Part shown: positions 44,369 to 55,474 of the stretch, piece by piece | How the letters are laid out: each line of letters begins with the position of its first letter | Position numbering within the stretch: the first letter of the stretch is position 1 | Source: Bacteroidales bacterium | GTDB lineage: Bacteria; Bacteroidota; Bacteroidia; Bacteroidales; DTGW01 | DNA length: 64,000 nucleotides | NCBI GenBank assembly: GCA_026416115.1 | Contig: JAOAFU010000058.1 | Coordinates: forward strand, 18,850 to 82,849 | Direction of reading: 5' to 3' | Position numbers and translations under genes: made by a program | The notes under the pieces: generated by a model | Database searches by the model: none | The model's input: the letters and a program-made list of their open reading frames with translations, nothing else | Told to the model about the DNA's origin: nothing

Positions 44369-47300
44369 ATGGATAAAAGTATTAAAAAGGTTGTATTACT
44401 TGGTTCAGGAGCATTAAAAATAGGCGAAGCTGGAGAGTTCGACTACTCAGGATCACAAGCACTAAAAGCTTTACGTGAAGAAGGTATTTATACAGTACTG
44501 ATTAATCCCAACATTGCTACCGTCCAAACCTCGGAAGGGATGGCAGACAAAATATATTTTCTACCGGTAACCCCCTATTTTGTTGAAAAAGTTATTCAAA
44601 AAGAAAAACCCGATGGTATTTTGTTATCTTTTGGAGGACAAACCGCTCTAAACTGCGGGACCGAACTATATAAATCTGGCGTTCTCGAAAAATACGGCGT
44701 ACGAGTTTTAGGAACCCCTGTTCAGGCAATCATTGATACCGAAGATCGTGAACTTTTCGTTAATCGTCTCAACGAGATCGATGTAAAATCGTGTCGCAGC
44801 GAAGCCGTTACCAGTGTTGAAGATGCAATTGCAGCTGCCGAAAGACTGGGCTATCCTGTTATTGTCAGAGCTGCCTTTACTCTCGGAGGTCAAGGGTCGG
44901 GGTTTGCCGGTAATGCCGAAGAGCTTAGAAAAATCTCCGAAAAGGCGCTTTCCTATTCTCCACAAATCCTTATCGAAGAATCGCTTAAAGGTTGGAAAGA
45001 AGTTGAATATGAAGTGGTGCGCGATCAGTACGACAACTGTATTACCGTATGTAACATGGAAAATTTCGATCCCCTGGGTATACATACGGGCGAAAGTATT
45101 GTGGTGGCCCCATCTCAAACACTTACTAATAGCGAATACCATAAGCTTAGAGAAATATCCATCCGCGTTATCCGCCATATCGGTATTATAGGCGAATGCA
45201 ATATTCAGTATGCTCTTGATCCAAATTCCGAAGATTATCGTGTAATAGAAGTTAATGCCCGACTTTCCCGATCCTCAGCTCTGGCTTCGAAAGCTACTGG
45301 TTATCCCCTCGCTTTTGTAGCAGCAAAGCTTGCAATCGGCTACGGACTCTACGAACTCAAAAACTCTATTACTAAAACTACCCCTGCATTTTTCGAGCCT
45401 GCACTCGATTATATCGTTTGCAAAATACCCCGTTGGGACCTTAACAAATTTATCGGTGTTTCGCGTCAAATAGGTTCTTCGATGAAATCGGTTGGCGAAG
45501 TAATGGCCATTGGCCGAACTTTCGAAGAAGTCATTCAAAAAGGCCTTCGAATGATTGGCCAAGGTATGCACGGTTTTGTAGGTAACCGCGACATCGAAAT
45601 TGAAGATATCGAAAAAGAACTCAGTAACCCCACCGACATGAGAATTTTCGTTATCGAGAAAGCTTTCGAAAAGGGTTACACCGTCGACCAGATATACGAC
45701 CTTACCAAAATCGACAAATGGTTTCTACACCGATTAAAACACATTTATGACGTTAGCTTAAAATTAGAAAAATTCAACAATATAGAACAACTTCCCGATG
45801 AATTGCTAACAGAAGCCAAACAGGCAGGATTTTCCGACTTTCAAATTGCTCGTCTCATTCTAAAGCGCGAAAACCATGAAATGGAGCAAGCTTCGCTGGT
45901 GGTAAGAGAGCATCGTAAGAAAAAAGGAATACTTCCTGTAGTCAAACAAATCGACACACTGGGAGCCGAATATCCCGCACAAACCAACTATCTCTATTTA
46001 ACCTATCATGGCAAAGAGCACGATGTTTCTTTTATCCGCGATGATAAAACAGTTATTGTTTTAGGTTCTGGTGCCTACCGTATTGGTAGCTCCGTTGAGT
46101 TCGATTGGTGTGCAGTAAATGCTGTTCGTACAGCACACGAACAAGGTTATCGGGCTATGATGATCAACTATAATCCCGAGACTGTTAGTACCGACTACGA
46201 CATGTGCGACCGTTTGTATTTCGACGAACTCTCGTTCGAGCGCGTAATGGATATCATCGAACTCGAATCTCCCCATGGTGTTATTCTTTCGATGGGTGGA
46301 CAAATTCCCAATAATTTGGCTATGCGTCTACACCGTCAACAAGTACCCATATTAGGAACATCACCCGTTTCGATCGACCGTGCCGAAAATCGACACAAAT
46401 TTTCTGCTATGCTCGACCAACTGGGCATTGACCAACCTCGTTGGAAAGAGCTTACCAGCATCGAAGAAATAGAGTCGTTCATCCAAACTGTCGGATATCC
46501 CGTACTAGTCCGACCCTCATACGTGCTTTCGGGTGCTGCTATGAACGTATGCTCCAACGCCGAAGAACTCGAACTTTTCCTCAAACTTGCCTCAAAAGTC
46601 TCAAAACAATATCCCGTTGTAGTCTCTGAGTTTATCGAAAATGCTAAAGAAATAGAGATTGATGCCGTTGCAAAGGAAGGTGAAATACTCGCCTATGCGA
46701 TATCCGAACATATCGAGTTTGCAGGTGTTCACTCAGGCGATGCTACACTTGTTTTCCCAGCTCAAAAAATATATTTCGAAACCGTACGTCGGATTAAGAA
46801 AATTTCGAGAGAAATAGCCCGCGAACTCAATATTTCGGGTCCATTTAATATCCAGTTTTTGGCTAAAGACAACGATATTAAAGTTATTGAATGTAACCTT
46901 CGTGCATCACGTAGCTTCCCATTTGTTTCAAAAGTACTAAAAGCCAATTTTATCGACCTTGCTACAAAGGTTATGTTAGGATTGCCTGTGCAGAAACTCG
47001 ATAAGTCGTATTTCGAACTCGATTACATCGGAGTTAAAGCCAGCCAGTTCTCCTTTAGCCGTTTAGCAAAAGCCGACCCTGTACTGGGTGTCGATATGGC
47101 TTCGACAGGCGAGGTAGGCTGTCTGGGCGACGACTTTTACGAAGCTCTTCTCAAGGCAATGCTCTCGGTAGGATACCGTATCCCGAAAAAAAATATTATG
47201 CTTTCAACCGGCGAAATGCGCTCGAAAGTTGAATTGCTTAATCCCGCCCGAATGCTTATCGAGCGCGGTTATAAGCTTTTCGCTACAAGAGGTACAGCCC

Positions 47301-47590
47301 AGTTTCTCGCTCAAAATGGTATCGAAGCCACAGTGGTTGCCTGGCCCGACGAACCTACTAAACCCAATGTAATGGATTTCATCCGCAATCGCGAATTCGA
47401 TCTTGTAGTAAATATCCCCAAAAATCTCTCTAAAATTGAGCTCAACAACGACTACGAAATTCGCCGTGGAGCTATCGATTACAATATTCCGTTAATCACC
47501 AATGCCCGACTCGCAAGTGCTTTCATTCAAGCTTTCTGCCGCTATCAACCCGAAGATATTAAAATTGTAAGCTGGGACGAATACCGATAA
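44369..47590 (+). CDS. carB: Carbamoyl-phosphate synthase large subunit
   Basis: 1073 aa with a duplicated ATP-grasp architecture. The N-terminus [34 protein letters not shown] and a second [20 protein letters not shown] are present, plus an MGS-like C-terminus. Confidence 0.95.
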   Translation: MDKSIKKVVLLGSGALKIGEAGEFDYSGSQALKALREEGIYTVLINPNIATVQTSEGMADKIYFLPVTPYFVEKVIQKEKPDGILLSFGGQTALNCGTELYKSGVLEKYGVRVLGTPVQAIIDTEDRELFVNRLNEIDVKSCRSEAVTSVEDAIAAAERLGYPVIVRAAFTLGGQGSGFAGNAEELRKISEKALSYSPQILIEESLKGWKEVEYEVVRDQYDNCITVCNMENFDPLGIHTGESIVVAPSQTLTNSEYHKLREISIRVIRHIGIIGECNIQYALDPNSEDYRVIEVNARLSRSSALASKATGYPLAFVAAKLAIGYGLYELKNSITKTTPAFFEPALDYIVCKIPRWDLNKFIGVSRQIGSSMKSVGEVMAIGRTFEEVIQKGLRMIGQGMHGFVGNRDIEIEDIEKELSNPTDMRIFVIEKAFEKGYTVDQIYDLTKIDKWFLHRLKHIYDVSLKLEKFNNIEQLPDELLTEAKQAGFSDFQIARLILKRENHEMEQASLVVREHRKKKGILPVVKQIDTLGAEYPAQTNYLYLTYHGKEHDVSFIRDDKTVIVLGSGAYRIGSSVEFDWCAVNAVRTAHEQGYRAMMINYNPETVSTDYDMCDRLYFDELSFERVMDIIELESPHGVILSMGGQIPNNLAMRLHRQQVPILGTSPVSIDRAENRHKFSAMLDQLGIDQPRWKELTSIEEIESFIQTVGYPVLVRPSYVLSGAAMNVCSNAEELELFLKLASKVSKQYPVVVSEFIENAKEIEIDAVAKEGEILAYAISEHIEFAGVHSGDATLVFPAQKIYFETVRRIKKISREIARELNISGPFNIQFLAKDNDIKVIECNLRASRSFPFVSKVLKANFIDLATKVMLGLPVQKLDKSYFELDYIGVKASQFSFSRLAKADPVLGVDMASTGEVGCLGDDFYEALLKAMLSVGYRIPKKNIMLSTGEMRSKVELLNPARMLIERGYKLFATRGTAQFLAQNGIEATVVAWPDEPTKPNVMDFIRNREFDLVVNIPKNLSKIELNNDYEIRRGAIDYNIPLITNARLASAFIQAFCRYQPEDIKIVSWDEYR

Positions 47591-47630
47591 AAAAATAACC
47601 GAGCCCTTAATCATCATAGGACTCGGTTAT
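47589..47630 (-). terminator. Terminator hairpin between convergent carB and the flavodiiron gene (better U-tract on the minus strand)
   Basis: ATAACCGAG (47595-47603) pairs with CTCGGTTAT (47622-47630). The A7 run at 47589-47595 gives a U-tract for the minus-strand transcript. There are only 3 T on the plus side. Confidence 0.6.
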
Positions 47631-47649
47631 TTTCAAAATTTCTCTCTGT

Positions 47650-48873
47650 TTATTCGGCCAGCTGAGGCATCCCTTGTAGTTCGGCTGCAAACGCCTGCCC
47701 TAATTCAATAAACTTTTGACTCTTTTCGTCGTAAGGGAAAAATTTGGCTTTTACCCCTTCACAAAATATTTTGAATTTTAAATTTTTAAGATGATTCTCG
47801 ATTAATCCAGGTGCTTCCCCACTCCATCCATACGAACCAAAAGCAGCTGCCAACTTACCCCTATCGCGAATAGGATTGACTACCGAAAATAGCTTGTAAA
47901 TGGGTAGCAAGGTATTCTGATTAATCGTTGGAGAACCTACTAACAAAGCATCGCTTTTAGCAAGTTGCTCTTCCATCTCCCCAATCAGCATATGCTCAAT
48001 ATCGGCAACTTCCACCTCGAAATTACTCACCATACGAATTCCTTCGGCTATCATCTCAGCCATTTTGGCTGTATATCCATAAGCCGATACATAAGCAATA
48101 AATACCCTTTTAATCGGATGTTTTTCTGTTTCTTCGATGTATTGTTTCGAATACTGTTCCGAAAGTGCCACCTTCTCTTGCCAAGTACTACGTAATATGG
48201 GACCATGACCATTTGCAATTACCGATATCTCCAGCGGTTTGATTTTTTCGATCGCCCGAAGCATAAATTTGCTGAATGGCTTAAGTATTACATCAAAATA
48301 ATATTTGAACGCTTCGGAATAATCGCCCACTAAATCATCGTACATGGCAGGATGCGAGAAATGTGCACCAAACGAATCGCAGGTAAATAAAACTTTATCC
48401 TCTGCTAAGTAGGTATAAATTGTATCGGGCCAGTGTAAATTAGGTGCACCGATAAACTTCAGCGTTTTATTGCCAAGGCTAAGGGTATCGCCATCCATGA
48501 CCTTTAACGACTTAAATGGCTGACCTACAATTTCCGAAAGATAGTTTAGAGCCTGACCACTGCCTACAACTGTAGCATTTGGAGCAACCTTTAATAAATG
48601 TTTCAGCGCGCCTGAATGATCAGGCTCGGTGTGATTACAAACAATATACTCTATCTCTTCAGGATTACACAATTCTTTTATTTTGGCTATAAACTCATCT
48701 GTAAAGCCTTCCTTAACAGTTTCAACTATGGCTTTTTTTTCGGCGTTTATATAATAAGCATTATAGGTTGTCCCAAATTTGGTTTCCATCACAATGTCGA
48801 ATGTCACCAAATCGGGATCGAGAACGCCTATCCATTTAACATCTTGAGTAACATCTAGTATTTGACTCTTCAT
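47650..48873 (-). CDS. Flavodiiron protein (FprA / A-type flavoprotein; O2 or NO reductase)
   Basis: 407 aa. The metallo-beta-lactamase-like N-domain carries the diiron motif NHTEPDHSG. The C-terminal flavodoxin-like domain begins [17 protein letters not shown]. Confidence 0.85.
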   Translation of the reverse strand: MKSQILDVTQDVKWIGVLDPDLVTFDIVMETKFGTTYNAYYINAEKKAIVETVKEGFTDEFIAKIKELCNPEEIEYIVCNHTEPDHSGALKHLLKVAPNATVVGSGQALNYLSEIVGQPFKSLKVMDGDTLSLGNKTLKFIGAPNLHWPDTIYTYLAEDKVLFTCDSFGAHFSHPAMYDDLVGDYSEAFKYYFDVILKPFSKFMLRAIEKIKPLEISVIANGHGPILRSTWQEKVALSEQYSKQYIEETEKHPIKRVFIAYVSAYGYTAKMAEMIAEGIRMVSNFEVEVADIEHMLIGEMEEQLAKSDALLVGSPTINQNTLLPIYKLFSVVNPIRDRGKLAAAFGSYGWSGEAPGLIENHLKNLKFKIFCEGVKAKFFPYDEKSQKFIELGQAFAAELQGMPQLAE

Positions 48874-49034
48874 ATAGCTTATTTTAAAGTTTAATTTGAT
48901 TTTTGCCTGTTCAATTTAAATGCCAAAAGTAGCTATTTTGTTCAATGAAATGCAAGAACAATACACTTATATGGCAAAATTGCGCTCGATTCTATATTAT
49001 CAATATTGTATTTTTGATAAAAATTATTCACACT

Positions 49035-51146
49035 ATGAAACAGTCATTAACATTTTTGTTTGCCTTGGCCCAGGTGCTGATGATAAACGCTGCTCCAAGT
49101 TGGTATGACGAAGCACCTAAACGTATAGACAGCTTGCGTAAAGCTAATTTCGTATTACAAATTTTGGATAGTACCGGCCAGCCGGTGACCGATTCAATTC
49201 GTGTCGATCTGGCAAAGCATAAATTTGTATTTGGTGTTGTAATGGACCCCGAAACATCTCCTGGCAGCTTGTCGTGGGACCGTGCCACCATGTACCGATA
49301 CTACAATGCCGCCGTATCGGGTAACGCTTTCAAATGGAGCGGAATTGAAGCACAAAAAGGTGTACTTACATACGAAGGTTTCGATGAAATGCTGCAATGG
49401 TGCGAACGTGTAGGATGGACCCTAAAAGGCCATTGCTTGCTCTGGAATGGACATGCAGGTAACTATCACGAAGTACCTCGTTGGGTGCAAGAACTCCCCA
49501 CTTCTGAAGAAGCTAAAGAAGCTTGTCGTAACAGAATAATTCGTGATATGACTCGCTATAAGGGCAGGGTTTTCGAGTACGACGTAATGAACGAACCTTC
49601 ACATACTTTTTTCCTTACTAATAAAATCGGAGACTCTATTAATTGGCTGTCGTTTAAATGGGCACGCCAGGCCGATAGTACAGCCGAACTTTATGTAAAC
49701 GACTATAACCTCATAGAGTGGGATGAGCATATCCCCTTTATCAACCTGGTTAGAAAAATGCTCGACAATGGTGCTCCTATCGACGGAATAGGTATTCAGG
49801 GACATTTCGGGGGTTCTATTAATACCAACGATGTAAAACGACGACTCGATGCACTGGCAACCCTCGGATTAAAAATGAGAATTACCGAATTCGATATGGA
49901 TGTTACTGCACAAAAAGTAACTCCAATTAATCAGGCAATGTATTACGCCCGCATGCTTCGCATCGCTTTTTCATATCCTCAAATAACAGGTTTTTACTTC
50001 TGGGGACTCATCGATGGAAAAGTATGGCGTGCTGGTTCAGGTATTTTCAATATCAACAAAGAGCCCAAACCCGCTGCCGACTCGGTATACAACCTCATTC
50101 ATAAGGAATGGAGCACCCACTTAAAAGGGGTTACCGCTCCCAATGGCCAATTCGCTTTTCGTGGTTTCCTCGGAAAGTATCATGTGTTTGCTAAAATAAA
50201 TGGACAATGGAAGGAATTTCGTATCGATCTCGATGAAAAAGTGAAAGATTCCGTTTTAGTTCTTCGCGAAAACGAAGGTATGGTTCCACGCCCTCGATTA
50301 GTTAAAGGGAAACTGATAGCTCCCCGTATCATCGAGCTTAAATTCGATAAAAAAATGGCCGACCCCTCAGCACAAAAAACCAATTTTGAGGTATACGGTA
50401 GAGTTAAAAATACCATCCTTAACGCTTCATTAAAAGAAGGAGACTCAACTACCATAGTGCTAAATCTAAAATACGACCTACTTTACAACTATTACGTGAC
50501 TGTAGCGTACATGAAAGGCGACCAAAAAGCTGCCGACGGCACATCGCTCGACATTTTTGGCGCTACCCCAATCGAAAATATGCTTCCAGGCATTAAATCG
50601 GCTTCTACTACTCCCGATGGTTCGCAGATTATTGTTCGACTTAATAAAAACATGAATGAACCTAACCAAAATACCGATACGATTAGTGTTATCGTAAATT
50701 CTATTCCTGTTTTAATCGACAAAATCGAATTTAAAGACGATAGTGCTTCTGTCCTGCTTATTACCCTTACAAACCCGGTTAAATTCAATGATTTAGTTTA
50801 CTTTAACTATAAACCCGGTACATGGTCGACAACCGAAGGAATTGCACTTCCTGCAACGGGTAACATTTTGGTCGAAAACAAAGTGCCTAACGCTATTGAT
50901 AACGCAAATAGCAGCCAAATTGAAGTTTATCCCAATCCCGTAAAAGATATACTCACTGTAAAATTTGCATACGGAAATTATCAGATTTCAATCTACGATA
51001 TGCTTGGTAAAGAAATTCTCAAAACAACATCTACGGGAGCGGAAATTAAATTAGATATGCGTAACTTGAATAAAGGTATTTATTTCCTGAAAATTAATAA
51101 TAGCCAAAATGGTCAAATTCAAAACTTTAAAATAAATAAACTATAA
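49035..51146 (+). CDS. GH10-family glycoside hydrolase (endo-1,4-beta-xylanase-like) with Ig-like spacer domains and a T9SS C-terminal domain
   Basis: GNAFKWSGIE, LKGHCLLW, YDVMNEP (acid/base Glu) and RITEFDM (nucleophile Glu) follow the GH10 pattern. The protein ends YPNPVKDILTV...GIYFLKINNSQNGQIQNFKINKL. I moved the start to ATG 49035 (MKQSLTFLFALAQ). Confidence 0.75.
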   Translation: MKQSLTFLFALAQVLMINAAPSWYDEAPKRIDSLRKANFVLQILDSTGQPVTDSIRVDLAKHKFVFGVVMDPETSPGSLSWDRATMYRYYNAAVSGNAFKWSGIEAQKGVLTYEGFDEMLQWCERVGWTLKGHCLLWNGHAGNYHEVPRWVQELPTSEEAKEACRNRIIRDMTRYKGRVFEYDVMNEPSHTFFLTNKIGDSINWLSFKWARQADSTAELYVNDYNLIEWDEHIPFINLVRKMLDNGAPIDGIGIQGHFGGSINTNDVKRRLDALATLGLKMRITEFDMDVTAQKVTPINQAMYYARMLRIAFSYPQITGFYFWGLIDGKVWRAGSGIFNINKEPKPAADSVYNLIHKEWSTHLKGVTAPNGQFAFRGFLGKYHVFAKINGQWKEFRIDLDEKVKDSVLVLRENEGMVPRPRLVKGKLIAPRIIELKFDKKMADPSAQKTNFEVYGRVKNTILNASLKEGDSTTIVLNLKYDLLYNYYVTVAYMKGDQKAADGTSLDIFGATPIENMLPGIKSASTTPDGSQIIVRLNKNMNEPNQNTDTISVIVNSIPVLIDKIEFKDDSASVLLITLTNPVKFNDLVYFNYKPGTWSTTEGIALPATGNILVENKVPNAIDNANSSQIEVYPNPVKDILTVKFAYGNYQISIYDMLGKEILKTTSTGAEIKLDMRNLNKGIYFLKINNSQNGQIQNFKINKL

Positions 51147-51216
51147 ATTATTGAATAATCCATAAAGTAATTTTGTACTTTTGTATTCATAGTTATTGAG
51201 TTTTTGGTTAAAAAGG

Positions 51217-51263
51217 AGTTGCTTTGCGTAGCCAACGGCTAACTTGCAAGGCAACTTTTTTTG
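51217..51263 (+). terminator. Rho-independent terminator after the GH10 gene
   Basis: AGUUGCUUUGC (51217-27) pairs with GCAAGGCAACU (51246-56), including one G-U. There is an inner GUAGCC/GGCUA extension, and the stem is followed by U7. Confidence 0.75.
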
Positions 51264-51363
51264 TAAGTAAAACCATACTATCTTTGGCGCATTATCGTTC
51301 TCTTTGTATCATTTCAAAAAAACAAGTGTGCTATAATTTTATCCCCTAAAAAATTTTTTCAAC

Positions 51364-52047
51364 ATGAGAGCTAAAACCTTTTTCTTTCTTTTCCAATTCG
51401 CATTTGGTACTTTATGGGCACAACAAGTTCGACAACTTGAAGTACCCTCGTTTAAATCTGTTGAAGTTTTAGGCAATTTCGAAGTCATTCTCGAAGAAAG
51501 TCAGCAAGAAGGTATATCGCTTATTGGTAATAACGAGGAGGCCTCGCGCGTAAAAGTTGCCGTAAAAAACGGAATCCTTCGTTTAAGTGATATTAAATCG
51601 CTTAACAAGCGCCCCGATGTGATGATTGTAGTTAAATATATACAGCTCGAAAAAATTCTTGCTACAGGTGGTTCGTTCGTATATAATAAAAATGATTGGC
51701 AGATATCAAATCTCGAAATTACTTGTAGCAGCGGTGCAAAAGTTGACCTCTCTCTAAAAGCCGATAAATTAAAGGTCGACGTCGACAAAGGTGGTACTGT
51801 TTCATTAAAAGGTAAAACCCCTACACTCGAAGCCGAAGCATCAACCGGCGGTATTTTCGATGCATTTGAATTAAGCACCAATGATGCTGTAGTTCGTGCT
51901 AATACTGGCGGTTTAGTAAAAGTATTTGCTAAAAACACCCTTGAAGCTAATGCTGGAGCAGGTGGTGAAATTATTTACCGGGGTAGTCCCAAAAAATTGA
52001 TGCCCAAAAAAGTGCTGGGTGGAAAAATTGAACAAATGATCGAATAG
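51364..52047 (+). CDS. DUF2807 / head GIN-domain (putative beta-helical) secreted protein
   Basis: 227 aa with a signal peptide. Repeated GG.(V/F/I) turns (ATGGSFVY, KGGTVSL, STGGIFD, NTGGLVK, GAGGEIIYRGSP) are typical of DUF2807. Confidence 0.65.
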   Translation: MRAKTFFFLFQFAFGTLWAQQVRQLEVPSFKSVEVLGNFEVILEESQQEGISLIGNNEEASRVKVAVKNGILRLSDIKSLNKRPDVMIVVKYIQLEKILATGGSFVYNKNDWQISNLEITCSSGAKVDLSLKADKLKVDVDKGGTVSLKGKTPTLEAEASTGGIFDAFELSTNDAVVRANTGGLVKVFAKNTLEANAGAGGEIIYRGSPKKLMPKKVLGGKIEQMIE

Positions 52048-52054
52048 TACAGCG

Positions 52055-52729
52055 CTATTTATTGAGCATTGGAAATAGCGCTTCGGCCACAGCCAAATCG
52101 GTTTGGGTAGTTATTTTAATATTCTCCCTGTTCCCTTCAACCAAGATAACTCGGTGACCAGCTCTTTCAAAAACGGTCGCATCATCGGTAAATTCGGCCG
52201 AAAATTCGATGCTATACGCTTGTTTTAGCTTGGATATATCGAACACCTGAGGGGTTTGAATAAGAACAAATTCATTTCTGTCGACAGGTATACTCTCATC
52301 AACCAAAAGTTTGCGTAGAGAGTCAACAGGAACTACAGTAGGTACCGCATTGCCCAAATGGGCTGCAGTTTCGAAACACCTCTGAAGGGTCGACTGGCTA
52401 ACCAAAGGTCTTACTGCATCATGAACTGCAACAAGCCCATCGCCCGCTATTGCATTAAGACCATTTTTAACCGAATGAAATCGGGTTTCGCCCCCTAATA
52501 CCTTCATATGGGGAATTTTGATTTTGTATTCTTGAATCAAACTCTCCCAAAACTCTAAATAATCTGAAGGTAGGGTTACAATAAGCTGAATTTTCTTATC
52601 AAACTCGTAAAAAGCATTTAAAGTATGATATAATACAGGTCGACCCCTGAGGGTAAGAAATTGCTTCGGTATCGAAGATCCAAAACGTTTTCCTGTACCC
52701 CCGGCGACAATAATTGCATATTTGCGCAT
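52055..52729 (-). CDS. ispD: 2-C-methyl-D-erythritol 4-phosphate cytidylyltransferase
   Basis: 224 aa. The N-terminus AIIVAGGTGKRFGSSIPKQF, HDAVRP and QTPQ fit the IspD pattern. Confidence 0.9.
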   Translation of the reverse strand: MRKYAIIVAGGTGKRFGSSIPKQFLTLRGRPVLYHTLNAFYEFDKKIQLIVTLPSDYLEFWESLIQEYKIKIPHMKVLGGETRFHSVKNGLNAIAGDGLVAVHDAVRPLVSQSTLQRCFETAAHLGNAVPTVVPVDSLRKLLVDESIPVDRNEFVLIQTPQVFDISKLKQAYSIEFSAEFTDDATVFERAGHRVILVEGNRENIKITTQTDLAVAEALFPMLNK

Positions 52730-52734
52730 AATTT

Positions 52735-53118
52735 TTAATCGAAAATAATCGGAGTAATTTTCAAACCCGTTTCAGCCTCAAATCCCTGTATTTCCATCAA
52801 CATATCGGGATCCTCTCGCTTATAATACCAGTTAACTTTGACTTGACCTCCATTGTCCTGGTAGCTTTTAAGCAAATCGAGTATTTCGAGAATAAAACGC
52901 GAAGATGCCGTATTGAAATAGGTTAGCTTTAGATTAAATTCAATGGGTTTTTTTTCCTGTATGTAATCCTTTAACCACCTGATAACAGGTTCGTAAAATT
53001 TGAAGGTTTCTTCCATATAACTTTCACCCACAATTTCACATACTCCAGAGTAATAATTAAAATTAACAAGAGGATAATACACAAGATCAGGATAGTTATT
53101 GATATACAAGCTTTCCAT
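52735..53118 (-). CDS. DUF1987 / SiaC-like partner-switching protein
   Basis: 127 aa. G.CEI.GESYMEETFKFYEPVIRWLKDY...IEFNLKLTYFNTASSRFILEIL matches my recollection of the DUF1987 (SiaC) pattern. It sits 19 nt after the SiaB-like gene and 5 nt before ispD. Confidence 0.65.
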   Translation of the reverse strand: MESLYINNYPDLVYYPLVNFNYYSGVCEIVGESYMEETFKFYEPVIRWLKDYIQEKKPIEFNLKLTYFNTASSRFILEILDLLKSYQDNGGQVKVNWYYKREDPDMLMEIQGFEAETGLKITPIIFD

Positions 53119-53137
53119 AGTTTTTTCTTTTAAAAAG

Positions 53138-53647
53138 TTAGGAAATTATGGAAGAAATGGTAAAATAAGTGTTATCGTTTTCTTTCGTAATGGAAACATC
53201 CAAAAGATTTTTAGAAAATAGTCGTATTGAGATGAGACCTATATGGGCCCCATTATCTTTGATCGACGACTCGCGACGAAGTTTTTCTTTAAGCTTTATT
53301 AGGTCGTTGGTAGTTGCTTCATTTATGCGTTGACAATAGTTAATCAGTATATCTCCATGTTCGGGTCGTATCCGGTTTTTGGTAGTACAAAAATACGATT
53401 TACCATCGGTCTCTATATGCACTTTGCCTACCCCAACGGTATTATCAAGCTCCTGCTTTACCCGGTCTTCAGAATACAGGGCAACATTCTGCGAAATCTC
53501 GATAAATACCCGATAAAGACTCATTCGTGTCTCGAACGAGGCATCGAGATATTCGGCCAGGTATTTTCCAAGGGAAGAAATAATCCGCATGTTAAACGGC
53601 CCCTCGTAGGAAAATACAATTTTTTTATCCGTTGCATTAGCATTCAT
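53138..53647 (-). CDS. SiaB-like (DUF6272) putative Ser/Thr kinase of the anti-sigma/GHKL-like fold
   Basis: 169 aa. IVFSYEGPFNMRIISSLGKYL...LYRVFIEISQNVALYS has the size and pattern of SiaB-family proteins. It is adjacent to the DUF1987 gene and a PP2C gene. Confidence 0.55.
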   Translation of the reverse strand: MNANATDKKIVFSYEGPFNMRIISSLGKYLAEYLDASFETRMSLYRVFIEISQNVALYSEDRVKQELDNTVGVGKVHIETDGKSYFCTTKNRIRPEHGDILINYCQRINEATTNDLIKLKEKLRRESSIKDNGAHIGLISIRLFSKNLLDVSITKENDNTYFTISSIIS

Positions 53648-53737
53648 GGAGAATAATTGTTTTATTATTAATCAACCACAGTACTTTTATTACAAACTTA
53701 ATAATATATTCTCTTATTACCAACCACAAATAGTGGT

Positions 53738-55474
53738 TTATTTTAAACCAATTGCCATCAGGGTAATATCGTCGCGCTGGGGCTCGTTCTGTTTAAAAGT
53801 TTCGAGCGAATTGTGCAAATATACCATAAAACTGTCGAGCGAACTAGTCAAACATTCATTGGCAATATTTATTAACCGCGGCGTACCAAATTTGCTTCGT
53901 TGAGGATTGGGTTGGTCGATAATCCCATCGGTGTACATCAATATGGTATCGCCTGCATGGAGCAAAAAATGTTTTTCGCTGTACGATTTCAAATTTTTTT
54001 GTCTCAGATTTCCTATCGAAATAATATCGCCTTCTATTGTCTTCGATTCCTTAATCTGTTGCTGAAAAATGATAATTGGCCTTTTAGCTCCCGCAAATAC
54101 TAACTCATACTGTTTTTCATCGACTTTCAAAATACGACACAAGGCTATATCCATTCCATCGATAGTATGGCTCGAGGGTTGATGCAATTCATTAATAAGC
54201 AAAAGATTGAGATGATATAAAATTTCAGACGGCTGAATTTTATTTCTAACCCCTATTATTTCATTCAAAAGCCTGTTGCCTATCATCGACATAAAGGCTC
54301 CTGGTACCCCATGCCCTGTACAATCGACAACCGCAAAAAAATGATAGGTCAGCTGATTGATTGTTACCCTATGATACCAGTAAAAATCTCCCGAAACAAT
54401 ATCTTTCGGCGAAAAAATCAACGCTGTATCAAAGTCGTTCTTTAATTGCGTTAAATCGGGCAGCATGGCATTCTGTATACGCTGGCCATAGAATATGCTG
54501 TCGGTAATATTTTTGTTTTTTATATTTAGTTCATTTCGCTGCATGAGAATTTCTTTTCTCTGACGTTCGATTCGCAAAAGCATTAAAGCCAAAACAATAA
54601 GAAAACCAACAACAATTATAAGACTTGCCGTAATTATACGACGTATATTTTTCTCGTATCTGAGTTGTAGCTCCTTCTGTTCGAGTTGAGCAGTTTTTTG
54701 TGCAATCTCCATTTGACGCTGCATCGCTATTTTTTCGGCAACAAATAACGAATCCTGCGTGAGCTTCAACTCGCCTTTCTTTATTTTTAGCTCAATTTCG
54801 GCCATCTGCCTAGCAAGTTGTGCCTTGTTGATTTCTTCGGTACTCATATTTTTGATGAGTTCCATTTCCTGTTGCTTTATTTTTTTATCGGTAGCCGAAT
54901 AAAGCTCGAAAAACTTGAAAGCATTTTTCGAGTCGCCCGACTTTTCATAACTCTCGGCTAACAGACTATAACATTTCGCTATGTTTTTCAGATTATTCTG
55001 TTCCAAAGCCATATTCAAAGCTTCTTTAGCATGCTGTATGGCCAAAGGATAGCTCTCCATGTCGATATCGACGTTCGCCAAATTTATCAAGGCATTGTAT
55101 ATCTCAGCTTGATTCTTCATAAGTCGCGCATAACGCAGCGCATTTAAAAATGCCTTTTCTGCTTTTTGTAATTTTTCAAGCTCCGAGTATATAAGCCCAA
55201 GATTATTGCTTAAGGTAATACAAGCTACTGCATTGTTAGCTTGTTCAAAAATTTCATATGCCTTCTCAAATGCAGATGCAGCCTTTTCTTTTTGTCCCTT
55301 ATTCCAATAAGCATATCCGGCTTTGTTGTAATATTCGGCCGCTTGCATCATCTTGCCCTGTTGACGATATCCATCGGCCAATATCTCAAAATCGCTAATT
55401 GGAGTCTGAAAACTTGTTAAGAAAATCCCTACAATTAAAAACCCTATAAATGTTAAACTTTTCATGTTTAGCAT
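53738..55474 (-). CDS. TPR-containing transmembrane PP2C (SpoIIE-type) protein phosphatase, SiaA-like
   Basis: 578 aa. It has a signal/TM segment, extracytoplasmic TPR repeats, a long coiled coil and a TM helix (IITASLIIVVGFLIVLALMLL). The PP2C domain follows (SGDFYWY...VVDCTGHGVPGAFMS...MDIALC...LMYTDGIID...QRDDITLMAI). Confidence 0.8.
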   Translation of the reverse strand: MLNMKSLTFIGFLIVGIFLTSFQTPISDFEILADGYRQQGKMMQAAEYYNKAGYAYWNKGQKEKAASAFEKAYEIFEQANNAVACITLSNNLGLIYSELEKLQKAEKAFLNALRYARLMKNQAEIYNALINLANVDIDMESYPLAIQHAKEALNMALEQNNLKNIAKCYSLLAESYEKSGDSKNAFKFFELYSATDKKIKQQEMELIKNMSTEEINKAQLARQMAEIELKIKKGELKLTQDSLFVAEKIAMQRQMEIAQKTAQLEQKELQLRYEKNIRRIITASLIIVVGFLIVLALMLLRIERQRKEILMQRNELNIKNKNITDSIFYGQRIQNAMLPDLTQLKNDFDTALIFSPKDIVSGDFYWYHRVTINQLTYHFFAVVDCTGHGVPGAFMSMIGNRLLNEIIGVRNKIQPSEILYHLNLLLINELHQPSSHTIDGMDIALCRILKVDEKQYELVFAGAKRPIIIFQQQIKESKTIEGDIISIGNLRQKNLKSYSEKHFLLHAGDTILMYTDGIIDQPNPQRSKFGTPRLINIANECLTSSLDSFMVYLHNSLETFKQNEPQRDDITLMAIGLK

